Assembly (NCBI GenBank): GCA_964016885.1
Contig: OZ024742.1
Span: forward strand, 227,106,001-227,170,000
Length of the DNA stretch: 64,000 nucleotides
Source of the DNA: Eledone cirrhosa
Taxonomy: Eukaryota
Direction: 5' to 3'
How positions within the stretch are numbered: position 1 is the first letter of the stretch; each line of letters starts with the position of its first letter. Under the pieces are notes generated by a model that was given only the letters and a program-made list of their open reading frames with translations, ran no database searches and was not told the DNA's origin. This document shows positions 25,138 to 39,665 of the stretch, in pieces. The translations under genes and the position numbers were made by a program.

Positions 25138-28051
25138 ATAGTAGTGTAGAAAAATTAATTTCCTCATTGTTATATTTATATTCAGGATAAAACCATTTAT
25201 ATTGAGGATAAAATATTGATCTGTTGTCTGTGTCGAACTGGGGTCAATGTTTACGTGATATGTTGAAATATCCAAATTTGCGGGCAAAAAGTAGGGATTC
25301 AACTTTTACATGAGTATATATGGTAGATTATGTCTTCAATGTGATTCCATAGTTCATCAGTTAATTGTTTTGCCAACATAAATATTTTGTGTATTATAGA
25401 CTATGCCTCTGATATCATTCCATAATTAATCAATCATTTTACAATCAATACACATGTTATATCTCTAATATATTATCAATTTCCTCCTCGTCTTCTTGTT
25501 TTCTTCTTTACTCAATTATTCATGGGAGGGTCGTGGGAGAAGGGTCCTGAAGCATGCCTTCCAACAGGTCCTGTCAGAAGCAACTGTCTCCAATTGATCT
25601 GGCTAGATCTCCAAGCGAGACCATCCAAGTTCATGAATGTTATCAAGCCATTTTACTCGGGGTTTGCCTATGGATCCCCTCCAATTGGTCTTGCTCATAA
25701 AATCTGTCCAGTGATTCTTTCTTGAGACATTCTGACCACATATCCGTAGTATCAGAGCTGTGCTCACCTGATTTGGGCAAGTAGTAGCTCTGCCTGGAGC
25801 GACTCCCTGATCTCTGAGCTACGCACTCTATCAAATAACATTATTCCAAACTATGGGAGAAAATCAGTACCAATTAACAATTGGCACTGATTTCCTTCCA
25901 TAGTTAAGTCAATTGGCTTATAAACTATATTAATGTTTTGTCTATAATATATTATGTTCTGATATTGTTCCATTGTTAATTAGGCAATTGTCTTACAAAT
26001 AATGTATTTATAATAGATTATTTCTTTGATTTCCTTCCATAGTTAAAGTGTTACAGCTGTAGATGATAGCAAAATAATAACTTAGATTATTTTTTAAATT
26101 GATTCTAATAAGATCTTCTATAATGATGGATTTAGAAAGGAATAACAGATTTATTGTAATTTTTCATTTCCTACATTCTTAATGATGCATAAATATATAT
26201 AATAGGAATTGTTTTTAGCTTATGGAAGCAATGTTTATGATTTATATTCATAAATCAACTAAAACGTTTGTTTATCTGATGAAATACATAAAATGAAATA
26301 TTTCTAAATCCTATTCCACTATTACTTTAAAGTGTAATTTATTGTTGAATTCAAATTTTAACACTTACATGACCATATATCTAATGAAATATATACTGTC
26401 TAAATAAAATTGATCCATTTACCAAGCTATTGAACAATTTTGAAAATTTGCAAATATCTAATCTCCTTTTTTTTAAGCTGCACAATTCATATATTAACTA
26501 TAAAATAGTTGAGTAAATTAACCCTGGAGATGTAAAAAAAGGTGGATATCTGAATTATACTATGAAACTGCAATACAGCAGGTGCATGGTTTGATTTCTA
26601 CAGGTCTCTCTGTCCATTTTTTCGTCTGTCTCCAAGAGTAATTTACCCAACTGATTCAACTATTTTATAATTCATATATATTGTGGCTGCTTTACAAAAA
26701 AAAAATAAAGTTTCCAAATTTTCATACTTATGTTTTAAGTTTCCATATAAAAAATTTCATGGGATTTATTTAAACAACTTTTTATTATTAAGCTGAGAAC
26801 AACTTTGCCTTTCATCCTTCTGAGGTCAATAAAATAAAGTACCAGTTAAATACTGGGGTAGATATAATCAACTTTCCCCTTCCCCTTCCCCAAATTGCTG
26901 GCCTTGTGCCAATGTTAGAAACCACTATTAAGCTAATATCTAAAATGTGAGCAAAAGGTTCTTACATAAGATTATGACAGAAGGTAATTTAAATAGGAAT
27001 ACTTTAACCCTTTCATGACTGCATTTTTAATGAAATAACTCTTTCAGTTGTTTAATAAAGAGTTTTGAGGGATTTACTAAAATTATTTAATTAAAGATTA
27101 GCAACTTAACATATGTTTTTTTATATAAAATTATGTTGGAAGATTTTAATATGAACCCTTTAAAATGGGAACTTTTGTTTTATAGAACCAGAGTTGGTTT
27201 TGACTGGGTTGGTATCAAAAGGGTTAACCCTGTTGATACCAAACCACCTAGTTTTATGATACATAACTGTTGGTGATCTACATGATAATTACACCCAGGA
27301 CACACAAACCCATTGGACGCAGTGGTTGGTGATAGGAAAGCATCCAACTATAAAGAACTTGCCATACAAAGGTTCGGAAGGACTCTTCATTTGTGCCAAA
27401 GACATGGCAACCTCCCTAGTGATGGCACCATCATAAAGTGCAGGAACATATGTGAGATGTAAGCCCCTGGCCCATCTGTGAGGTCAGTAACTCTGCTTGG
27501 GTACTGACTCAATCTGCAAAGACCTGCCCAACCCTTGCTAACAGGGAAAATGGATATTAAATGATGATGATGATGATGATTATGTTTATTATAAAGTGTT
27601 TATATTTTTGTAAAAACCTTCCATCATAATACTATGTAAGAATCTTTATGTTCCAAACACCAACTTAATAACAAGAAAGTTAGTTGGGTTTGTTGATTAA
27701 ATCACAGTACTTGATTTTATCAACCCCAGAAGGATGAACGGCAAAGTTAACCTTGGCTGCATTTGAACTCAGAATGTAGAGAACCAGAACAAACACCACA
27801 AAGCATTTTGTCTGATGTTCTCCTGCTATTGCCAATCTTCTTATCTTCACCTAAACTCCTGCATAAGTCAACATGCTTAAATTTTCTCGTATGTAAAACA
27901 GATAGTGAAGGTGTGTGGCCTAGTGGTTAGGGTGTTGGACTCACAATCGTTAGGTTGTGAGTTCGATTCCTGAACCAAGTGGCATGTTGTGTTCTTCAGC
28001 AAGACACTTCATTTCACATTGCTTTTCATGATAGGACTAGAGCCCTTATCA

Positions 28052-28258
28052 TTAACTCTTAACATCCTATAATGATTTAATTGAAAATATCTAAAAATGA
28101 GTTTCTTAATTCAAATGTTTATAGTATCTTTACTAGTGAACTTATGAAAATTTGCAATATTAGACAAAAGACCTTAATTTTTCATGTGATGCAGCCATAA
28201 TGCTGCTTTGTACTTTTCAAAAATATGGTTTTATGTGGTACAAGATGTTAAGAGTTAA
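28052..28258. mobile_element. TTAA-flanked MITE family 3 (also 61712-62093, and an interrupted copy at ~17577-18160)
   Basis: TTAA-CTCTTAACAT ... ATGTTAAGAG-TTAA; shared body ttaattcaaatgtttatagtat. Confidence 0.75.
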
Positions 28259-28647
28259 AACACCCAAGATACAACTTTGTAAGAGGCCAGCTCGTGCTTA
28301 CATAGCACCCAGTCTCCCTATAAGATAGTAGTGTTGGAGTCATAAATTGCCTCCAATACACACTGTAAAGTGGTTGGCATTCAGAAAGCAAGCCAAATCA
28401 GAGCATATGAGCAAAATGCAGTCATTTGACTGGTTTGGTCTCAGCACACAACAATCTGTCTAACCTAGAGGTGAGGAACCTTTTCATATTGAAAGGCCAC
28501 ATTAAGTTACTTGTGATGTAATAAGACCACATTCAAGAAACCATAGTTCTTAAAATCTACATGTAAATTGACATTCTATTCACAGTTGTATAAATAACAT
28601 TACAAATTTTTTATAATTTTTACAGAATGAAAATATAAACACAAATA

Positions 28648-29290
28648 ATCATCATCATCATCATCATCAACGTTTAACGTCCGTGTTCCACGCTTGCATG
28701 GGGTTTTCCCACTTGAGGCAAGAGTGATTGTCTTGCTCGCATAGGACTGTCTGGCAGGTTTTCTACAGTTGGATGCCCTTCCTAACACCAACCACATTTA
28801 CAGTGTGGGTCTGGGAGCTTTTTACCATGTTGCCTACACGGCCACATTACAGCGTGAACTGTGTGTTTTTTTGTCGTGACACCGACACGATCTCATTTGT
28901 TTCGGCCTGGATGGTGTGGCACCAACATAACTTTACATAGAAGGGGGTGGTGTGGATGGGGTGGGGGTGGTGGGACGGGGGTGTATTTTGTTAGAGTTGC
29001 CTACTGACTGTAGTAGGTTTTCCTTTGTATTTAGGTAAGGCGGGTCTTCTCTATTACTGAGTACCGCCAAAGGTCTCGGTCCAGTGACATTGTCTTGGTG
29101 AGGTGTAAGTGTGTGAGGTCGGAGTTTATCAGCTCGTCCCAGGTTTTTCTGGGTCTGCCTATTCCGTGGCTACCGTCTATCTTTATTGCCCTGCACTTTG
29201 TTATACAGCTATCGTCCTTCATGCGCATCACGTGACCATACCAACGTAGCCTTCTCTCTAGTAAACAACATCTGATCCCTCTTATTTCTA
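28648..29290 (-). mobile_element. 5'-truncated RTE LINE (ORF C-terminus, long 3' UTR, (ATG)n tail)
   Basis: ERRLRWYGHVMRM...GRPRKTW...EKTRLT* then ~380-nt UTR. Confidence 0.9.
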
Positions 29291-29439
29291 ATTTTTTTAA
29301 TTTTAATTTTAATATATACAATTAATTATTGCTAGGAACTTTATAAATATAATACATAAAAATATATAATCAAAGCTAGAGAAAAAAACATCAATTCAAT
29401 ACTCAGTGCATCAATCGGTCACATACCACAAGGACCATT

Positions 29440-29660
29440 GGAAATTTTTCAGGGAAGCCAACACGTTCATAGCCTTACCACTGGTGATGGTGAGGCTAAG
29501 GCACTAAAACAACCAAGTACCCTCACGTGCATCACCTGACACCTCGGATAAGTGAGCCGCTAAGGATGTCAAGAATTTCACTGTCAGCGGTCCAGCTCCA
29601 CCAAACGTCTCAGACACCACAGGCTGGAAAAAATATTTGATAATTCCCAGTATTTTAGGA
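29440..29660 (-). mobile_element. CRE-clade non-LTR retrotransposon C-terminal relic
   Basis: Minus-strand translation YFFQPVVSETFGGAGPLTVKFLTSLAAHLSEVSGDAREGTWLF*CLSLTI; similar to 37180-37330. Confidence 0.65.
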
Positions 29661-30723
29661 GTGACCCTCACAATTACTGAGGCATCCAGAATGTGGAATA
29701 TTATTTTGTAAAAATCTAATTACTATGCACTAATTATCTAAAAAGTGAAAAAATGTAATTTTAAAGCTAATTACCTTGTACATTCTAAAATCACATTAGA
29801 ACTAAAACATGAACATAGAAAGTGCTGAAATGCCCTTTATAGTCTACTATAAATTCTGGCTGTATGTCAGTGTGGATCATTTTGTTAAATTTTCTTTTAC
29901 TTTGTGGTATTTAAAATACGTTCATCTTATGGATTTAATTAAAATAATAAGAGATAGACAAAAGCATATTAATAAAAATTTTTAATTTGTTGGAAATTTT
30001 TTATTCTTTCAAAAGGCCGCACAGAATGGCATAGAAGGCTGCATGCAGCCTTAAAGCCACAAGTTCCCCATTTCTAGTCTAACCCATACAAGCTTGAAAA
30101 TAGATGTTAAACAGTGATGATGATAATAAATATTGCCATGGTAACATTCAGATTCTCTCATTTCTCTTCTACTGTTCATTTTCATCTCTCTTTTTATTCC
30201 TTATCAGGCCTTGTTCCTTTACCATTTACATTCTAGTAGCTTCCAAAACCTCCATATTCCATAATGCTTCAAGCAAATTATAATACTTAATTATGTTATG
30301 CCATTTTTTTGTGACTAAAAAAAAAATCTAATATAAACATATATAGATAGAACTGATTTTTAATTCTTTCCTTATGCATGTATGCATGGTCATGGAACTT
30401 CTGAGGGAGTTGTAGGGGTGCTGTATTAACAATTAGCATTTCTAGGCAATTGTTTAACCTGGCAGAGCCCATCTCCTCTCCTTGTCTGAATACAGCAGAT
30501 TTCTTCCAGAGAAGGATAGAGAGTGAGAGAATAGAAGTGAGAAAGAGATATAGAGGAAGAATTGACCCCAGTTAGACTGGTTCTTTTTTTTATCGGCCTC
30601 AATGGGATTTGAACTGGAAAAGTAGAGAGCCGAAACGAATACTGCAAAGCATTCTATCTGATGTTCTAACAACTTTGCTAATTTGCCACCTCTTTCCTTA
30701 TACAATGTACTACAACTAAATAA

Positions 30724-31014
<291 letters not shown>

Positions 31015-31941
31015 TAAGATTATAGGCCCGATTCCTGGACTAGGCAACGTGTTCATTTCTTGCTCTTTTCTTTTCTAACTTTACTTTGATAAACAGTTTA
31101 ACTCACAGTGTCAGATCCCTTCTCTTTCTTCATATCATCATCATCATCATTTCATTTTACGTCCACTTTTCCCTGCTTGCAAGGGTGGGACGGGAACTGA
31201 TTCTGGCTTAATTTCTACAGTCGGATGCCCTTTCTAACACCAACCTCATTTACAGTGAGTGCTGGGCGCTTTTTTTCCATGGCACCTACACGTCCACTTT
31301 ACAGTGTCGGCTGGGTGCTTTTTTTGCCGTGGCACCTCCACGACCACTTTGCAGTGGAATGATAGGGACCCCAGTCCCTATCATCTCATTTCTACAGCTG
31401 AGTGAACTGGAGCAATGTGGAATAAAGTGTCTTGCTCAAGGAAACAACACATCACCCGGTCTGAGAATTGAACTCACAACCTTTCGATTGCAAGGCCAAT
31501 GCTCTAACCACTAAGCCATGTGCCTCCATATAGTGTTCATATTTTCGTCCATGTTTACTTTTTTCATTCTTTTTTCACTTTTTGTTTACTGTTTTAAACT
31601 TCATGTTTTGCCTGTATATCACAATGTCCTTTTGTGTTGTCTTTACCTATGTATGCATGTGTGTGTGTGCCTTTGATAGTGTACCAAATAATATATTAAC
31701 AAGAAGTAATAAAACACTGTTCATCACTTGGATAAAAAAAATATAATATTAAAATGTTGTTTATAATTTGTATCTAGTGCTTTTATCTTTCCACAGACCT
31801 ATCAAGATATAAATTTAGTTTATATCTTATTCCCTGAAAGATGAAAGTGATAGATTTATATTATAAACGACATCATTTTATTATTATATTTTTATCCAAG
31901 TAAAAAACAGTGTTGGCAATTATATTTTATAAATCCAGCCA

Positions 31942-31943
<2 letters not shown>

Positions 31944-32008
<65 letters not shown>

Positions 32009-32098
32009 GCCTGCCTGCCTGCCTGCCTGTCTGCCTGCCTGCCTGCCTGTCTGCCTGCCTGTCTGTCTGTCTGTCTGTATGCCTGCCTGCCTGCCTGT
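31944..32098. repeat. Compound (CT)n-(CTGC/CTGT)n microsatellite, 5' flank of the Tx1 element
   Basis: Directly visible. Confidence 0.95.
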
Positions 32099-35000
32099 TT
32101 GGCCCGGATCAGCAGCATGCGACAGCTAACCCCCACCTTTGATGACTTTGAGATGCACGCATCTCTCTGTCAGCCCGGAGGTGGGGGTGGGGTTGTCGTT
32201 CTGCTGCAAAAACATCTGGGTCTCGCTACACAGACGGTACACTTGGACCCGGAGGGTCGACTCGTGGTTCTGGACCTTGGCAATGGCGAAGGCGAAGCTT
32301 TTAGGCTTGTCGCCGTATACGCCCCTTTTGGGGCAATGCGGTCGGACTTCTTCCATCGTCTGGAGACTTTTCTAGGGACGTCCCGCTCCTTGCTTTTAGT
32401 GGGGGACTGGAATGGTATCCTAGATGCACGTTGGGACTATGTGGGGGCATGTCCCGATAGAGGGGGGTGTAACAGCCTTAAGGGGTTAATCGGCCGATTC
32501 GACCTGGCCGATAGATACCGACTAGATTTTCCGACTGTACCAACCTGGACCTGGTCAAATAACAGTGGTCAATCTAGATCGTACCTAGATAGGTTCTTAG
32601 TTAGAATTAAGGATAGGGACTTTTTAAGTTGTCCAGAAATGCTCATGGTGGGCTATTCAGACCACAAGTTAGTGACCTGCGTAGTCCACCTTGATAGAAC
32701 GCATAGGCAGGGGCCCGGTTACTGGAAGCTCAACTTGTCCTTACCAGCAAGTAGAGCTTACAGAGACCGGATTAGAACCTTAGTTAAGGAGCAGTTGACG
32801 GGCGCCATCGTCAACAACAGGTGGTGGGGCTCTCTAAAAAGAGAGATTAGAGTAGTTTCAATAGGAGTTAGTAAGGAGTTAGCCTCAGATAGAAATAGTA
32901 AGGAAAGGGAGTTGGTAGTTAATGTTGAAGAGGCAATGAGAAGCGGCAACGTGGCCAGAGTGCAAGCGTCGAGAACGGTCTTGAACCAGTTCTTCGACGC
33001 GAAACACGAAGGCTGCGTTGTCCGAAGCAAAATACGTGCTCTGGGAAACGAGGGGACCAAAGCTGTTAGCTGGGCCCGCGTGACAGAAGCGAAAAGTGGG
33101 ATTAAATCCACTATCCGGTCTTTGCGAGACCAGGATGGACGGCTGATCCTTGAACCTAAGCAAATGTGCGAGGCCTTTCAAAGGCACTTTGCCGAATTGT
33201 TCGGGAGGGGCGGGGAGCCGGTTGGAGATGTGGATTTCGGTCCATACCTCGACGGCCTGCCGCGTCTTTCGGACAGGGAGGCGAGGTCCTGCGACGGGCC
33301 GATCTCAGCTGCTGAAATAGGGGACGTGCTGAGCCTATGCGGCAAACGCAAATCTCCAGGACTCGATGGTCTGCCCTACGAACTATATATTAATATGCCG
33401 GACTTGTTCCCCGATCTCCTCGAGGCGGTCTACTGCAACTGGCAACAGAACGGGAGAATTCCCTGTTCTGTGACCAAGGGCGTAGTCTCGCTAGTGAGGA
33501 AGGACGAGAACAAGGGGGATGACATTAGTAATTTTAGGCCCATAACTCTGCTAAATGCAGAGTTAAAGATTTTGGCGAAGGTGTTAGCGAAGAGGTTGGC
33601 GCTTGTCGTGGGGGGCCTGGTGGGAGATGCGCAGACATGCGCTATCCCGTCCAGGTCCATCCACGACAACCTCCACCTCACGCGATACATCATAGAGAGG
33701 GTTGGGAACGAACCCGGCTTTGGTGGGGCCCTGATAAATTTAGATCAGTCTAAAGCGTTCGATAGGGTGGACCATGGTTACCTGGATGCGGTGCTAGCGG
33801 CGGCTGGGTTCGGACCCGTTTTCAGGGGCTGGATCACTGCCATGCACAGCAGCCGCATCTGCTCTAGAGTCAAGGTGAACGGCTACCTTTCGGAGCCGTT
33901 CGAAATCACCCGCTCCATCCGACAGGGGTGCCCTCTCTCCTCCCTTCTGTATGTGTTGACTCTCGAGCCATTACTGCGGAAGTTGGAGTTGTTGCAGGGC
34001 ATCCCTTTGGAACCGGGATTGCGCAAAGCGGTGTCGGCCTACGCCGATGACGTAACAGTAATGGTGTCGACCGCCTCGGAAATCGAGGCAATCGGCACCT
34101 TACTAGAGGAGTACGAAAGGTTGACAGGGGCTAAGCTGAACCGGGACAAGTCAGTCGCTTTGCAACTCGGCGAGTGGAGGGGCAAAGCGATGTCGTGCGA
34201 CGGTATCGTCGGACGGTGGACGGAGGGCCCGGTGAAGTTGCTTGGGGTCTGGTTCGGACCGGACCTCCAGGTGGAGAAAAACTGGGGTGAGGTGACGAAT
34301 AGGGTGTTTGCACTGACCCAGAAGTGGGCCGAGTGCAAACTATCCCTAAAAGGTCGGGCGGAGGTGGCGAATGCTTACATAGCGTCCGTCATCTATTACC
34401 GCTTGACTGTCGTGCCTTGCCCGGGTGAGATCCTCGCCAAAATGGAGCGCGCCCTCTTTTATTTCCTTTGGAAGAATAGGTCTCCTCTGGTGAGGAGATC
34501 CATCTGCTGTCAACACCCTTTGAAAGGAGGGCTGGGGATGCCGTGGCTAAAAATGCGTAAACACGCATTGAGGCTAAGGCACCTCCACGTATTCCTCACC
34601 GGTCAACCGGTGTGGGCCCCGTTTGTGAGGCGAGCCTTCCCGAGGCTCGTCTCGCTCACCGAGCTGCAGTCCTGGGTGAAGCAAAGACCGAGAAAACTGG
34701 GCGACTGGCACACCGAGTGTGCCCAGGCGCTCACGGCTCTCTGGCAGGCGGACCCGGCTATCGACGGAGACTCCACCTCGTCATTCTATAGAGGGCTGGT
34801 GGTTAGCGGGTGCGACGACGCCCTCGGAGAAGCCCTAGGCATGGAGGAGGACGAACTGGCCAGTCTATTCGGTAGGACTTTCGGCCCGGGACCTATGGAC
34901 AACTTCCAGAAGTCCTTGGCCTGGCAGTGCTACCGAGGGGCTCTGCCCGTTCGGGATAAGCTCTACAGACACGGGCGCCCGGGTAGGGACCCCTCGAAAA

Positions 35001-35643
35001 AGATCTGTCCCAGATGCGTGCGCGACGAGGAAACCGTCGCGCACGCATTGGTGCACTGCCCGGGCGTTGCCGATCTGTGGGGCTATGTCGAACGACTGTT
35101 GTCACGGGTGGGACCAATTAGGTTGACCACCGAGTCCATTGTAACGATCAAGCCGCCTCCCCCCTTCAAAAATGAAGGAGAGGCGGTCTTCCTCTGTGTA
35201 ATAGCCATGGTAAAAGAGGCTATATGGTGGACGCGTCTGAAAGGGTTGAGGTCGGACACCTTTCTCTCCGGCCAACAACTGGTCCTTTTCTTCCGATACC
35301 ATTTCGGAAGAAGGATCAGGATGGAGAGAGAGGTGCTCCACTCCAGCCAGTTTTATGAAAGGTGGGTGAAAGTTGCGAGAATGGCCCGTGTGAATGGGCC
35401 TTCTCTCTACCTCAGCCTGTAGGTGGAACAGAAAGAAGGGAGCACCCTCTCTTTGTGCTCCCGTGGAGAAGGGTCGCACACTTTTTTCGGGGGTGTGTGT
35501 GACCCCAAAACGATCCCTCCCTATTGAGGACCTTCTTGTTATTATTTTGTTTGTTATATTTTTCTTACTCGATTTTTATGTAAACTCCCCCCACCCATGT
35601 ACATGTCCCTTTCTTTTGTGCCCTAGTGGCAAATAAACAGAAA

Positions 35644-35646
<3 letters not shown>
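32099..35646 (+). mobile_element. Young 5'-truncated Tx1-type L1 LINE; ORF2 (APE-RT-CCHC) open to the stop at 35422
   Basis: ~1100 uninterrupted codons: VGDWN, LDRF, SDH (APE); SPGLDG, NFRPITLLN, LDQSKAFDRVDH, RQGCPLS, AYADD (RT); CPRC..ETVAHALVHC. AATAAA at 35632 then (GTCT)n. GC-rich against an AT-rich host. Confidence 0.96.

Positions 35647-35725
<79 letters not shown>
35647..35725. repeat. (GTCT)n-(GT)n microsatellite, 3' flank of the Tx1 element
   Basis: Directly visible. Confidence 0.95.
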
Positions 35726-36599
35726 AAGTAAGTTGTAGTTAGAGTATTTTGGTGTGAACATAGTGGTAGTACAGTTTTATATTATTACTGTTTGATTTGT
35801 TAAATCGAAGTCCATTAAACCAAGGTTTTACTATATTACATTAATTTCATTAATATCATTAATGTCATTGGTGATGACATCCAAATGTTCTCTAATACTA
35901 CATACAGCAAACATTGCCATAGTCATCATAACTAGTGAAGGAATCAGCAGATAGTTTAGTATTTATCTCCACCACAGCAGAACCAATTATCTGCTGCTAC
36001 TACTGCTGCTGGTCTTATGTATATTTCTTTCTATATTTAGACAGCAAATCCTTTGTCAACATATTTTCATTGGATTATGATGAAGATTTATTTTTCAAAT
36101 TATTTTTCTAGAAAAAAAATCTCTAAAACACAGTAAAATTGTTTTGACTCGGCAGTTTTTGCTTATAAAAGAATTTGTTTGCTTTAAATCAAAAGAATAA
36201 GTCTCAAGAGAATTACCATTCTGGTTCTGTAAATAGGTATTTATTGACATTCCTGGTTTAGTTTCTGTCAAGTGGTTGGAAGAAATGGTTGCCTGACTAA
36301 ACACATGGTTAACCTTTTTGATACCAAACTGGCTGAAACCATAGATATTTCTGTAATACAAAACTGTTTGTTTTAAAGTATTTATATTTACATTTAAACC
36401 TTCCACCATAATTTTTTATGTAAAAACCTTTGTTCCAAACACCAGCTTCAAAATGACAGTTATATTACTAAATCACTTCAAATTATTATTTTCAAAATAA
36501 TCTTAAATTAGGCAGTGTTTTTCATTAGCAATATAGTAATGAAATGTTTGAAGTGTTTATATTTATATCGAAAACCTTCCATAATTTTATGTAAGACCT

Positions 36600-37430
36600 G
36601 ATCTAAAGGAGGATAGATTGAAGCAGAGAGTCTGAGACAATTTATCTTCAAAAGACTCGACTCTCTCTTTGATCAATTTGCTCAATTCTCAAGATGCTAC
36701 GTACTTTCTTGTGTGCAAAATTCTCAGAGATAGAAGGGTGGGGACTGGGTTGATGTTCTATTCATGACCTACATTGGTGGCTTACTCAGTCTGGATCAGC
36801 TCTGCATCACCATTGAACTCAGAGCTGGAGCCAATGTCTGTGGGGATTGAAATATCATGATAGCAAGTCCCTTGACACAAAAGGTTTTCTTGCTGCCTGA
36901 ATGCAGGTTGCTTCGATCACCATACTGACCTAAACCCTATAAAAGTGTTTTGGCTCGAGTCAATATCTCCTCAATTCTGGAGCCAGCTGGATTGTTCAAG
37001 TCTAATAGGAAGAGACCAGATAGACCTTTACCCCTGGCTAAGCGGTAAATATTTTATTTGAGATGCCACAGTTAGCGACTCTTTTTCTCCTCGCATTCTG
37101 GATGATGTGATGAAGATGAAAGTCACTGAATTTGTAGCCAAATGAAATAGAATTCTAAAATATCAAGAATTATCAGCAAACTATTTTTTGCAGCCTGTGG
37201 CATTTGAGATGTTTGAGGGAGTTGGGAGACAGGGATTGAGGTTTTTGTCATCTTTGGCAGCTGACCATACCAAGGGTGCTTGGTTATTCCAATGGCCTCA
37301 CTATCCCCTGCAGTAATGCTGTGTGTTGGCTTGCTTTAAAATTTATTTGAGAGAGGCTCCAGCACCCTTTGTGGTGTGTGATTTTGTGTATAGGTCTCTC
37401 CTCCACCCTTTTTTCTTTTTACTTTTTTTT
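36600..37430 (+). mobile_element. Degraded CRE-clade retrotransposon 3' portion (restriction-like endonuclease domain)
   Basis: Remnants GDWVDVL...LCITIELRAGANVC, SILEPAGLFKSNRKRPD, PWLSGKYFI*DATVSDS, KYQELSANYFLQPVAFEMFEGVG resemble CRE RLE motifs. Confidence 0.75.
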
Positions 37431-37472
37431 AAAAAGTATTGTATATATCTACAGTTTTATTCATTATATAAA

Positions 37473-37969
37473 CTAGCAGAAAAACCACCCTTCGCATGGT
37501 TTTCTGCTAGCATGTGTAGTGTGTATATTGATATTATACGCAAGTATATATACATGTAGATATGGTACATCAAATAAAATCGAAATTGAGCGAAGACTAG
37601 GTTACACTGGCTTATGTAATCAGTAACGTAATCCATGATACATTAAAAAAAGACGATATTATATATAAACTGCATTAGGAGAAAATTAGTGATGGAAAAT
37701 TAGTATGTTTATTTTAGCGATGGCCAACCGGAAGTGTTGACATTTCAGAAATTTCAAAGAAGTGAATCTTTAAATAAACAAAATATATTTAATGAACAGC
37801 CACGAAATTTAGTAGATAAATTATGTAATATTCATTCATTATTTATTCAAAGTAATCCAACTTATTTTACTAAGGGGATAAAAAATTATAAACCGTACGC
37901 AGTCCCGCGCTCCTTACTTTATTATAGTTTAGATTGTAGTCCTGCGCTTCTTACTTTATTATATTTAGA
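37473..37969 (-). mobile_element. Probable non-autonomous Helitron
   Basis: Minus strand starts A|TCTAAATATAATAAA (duplicated ~37 nt) and ends with an imperfect hairpin then CTAG|T. Confidence 0.5.
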
Positions 37970-38799
37970 TTGTATTGATATTTTTTGTTCTAAAATAAAT
38001 ATCTCATTGTTTAAAATGTATGCAACCTATGTTATGTTTCAAACACTCGCTTAATAATGAAAAAGCTAGTTATCTTACAAATTCCATCCAAATTCTTGAT
38101 TATTTAACTCTTTAGCATTTGCATTATTTACAGTGGATTGGCAGTATTGGTAGAGAGTCGGACGCCATGCTTTCCAGCATAGTTACGTCCGTTTACGATC
38201 TGAGTTCAAATCCCGCCGAGGTTGACTTTGCCTTTCATCCTTACAGGGTCGATAAAATAAAGTACCAGTAATACACTGGGTAATTGCTGGCCTTGTGCCT
38301 AAAGTAGAAACAATTATTTACAGTGGATTGGCAGTATCAGTAGAGGGTCGGACGCCATGCTTTGACGCATAGAGTTACGGTCCTTACCATTCTGAGTTCA
38401 AATCCCGCCATGGTTAACTTTGCCTTTCATCCTTACGGGGTCGATAAAATAAAGTACCCGTAATGCACTGGGTAATTTGCTGGCCTTGTGCCAAAAGTAG
38501 AAACAATTATTCTATATATACTATTGTATTTTCACAGTAAAGGCTTTATCTTACATAATTATCTCACATAATATCAAATTTATGAGATTTTGATATTATT
38601 TATTTAAGAACAATACTTTAACGTTGGTATGAGTGGCCAGTTATAACCGATTTGAACAGAAGATATGAGAGAATTCTGGCCGGATATGGCCGGTTTTAAT
38701 GCTAAAGGGTTAAAAATCATTTGAAAACTATAGGCAATGTCTTTCATTAGAAGTATGATAATGAAAAGGTTATGAGGTGATCCAGTTTTGGTATTTTAC

Positions 38800-39665
<866 letters not shown>

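Larger units (their letters stand above)
28466..30076. mobile_element. hAT (Charlie-like) non-autonomous element carrying nested insertions
   Basis: Perfect 8-bp TSD gtctaacc at 28458-65 and 30077-84; imperfect TIRs tagaggtgaggaac / gttccccatttcta. Confidence 0.75.

Noticed and set aside
25186-25325. Possible exon after atattcag
   Set aside because: Stops in the plausible frames; the end resembles a decayed DNA-transposon terminus.
30455-30545. Sequence shared with ~53478-53562, each upstream of a RSPRY1 exon, as a splicing element
   Set aside because: Both copies abut a minus-strand SINE, so it is more simply that SINE's 3' extension.
31910-32098. N-terminal ~63 aa of the 1170-aa ORF
   Set aside because: Read-through of host flank and microsatellite; the element is truncated within the endonuclease.
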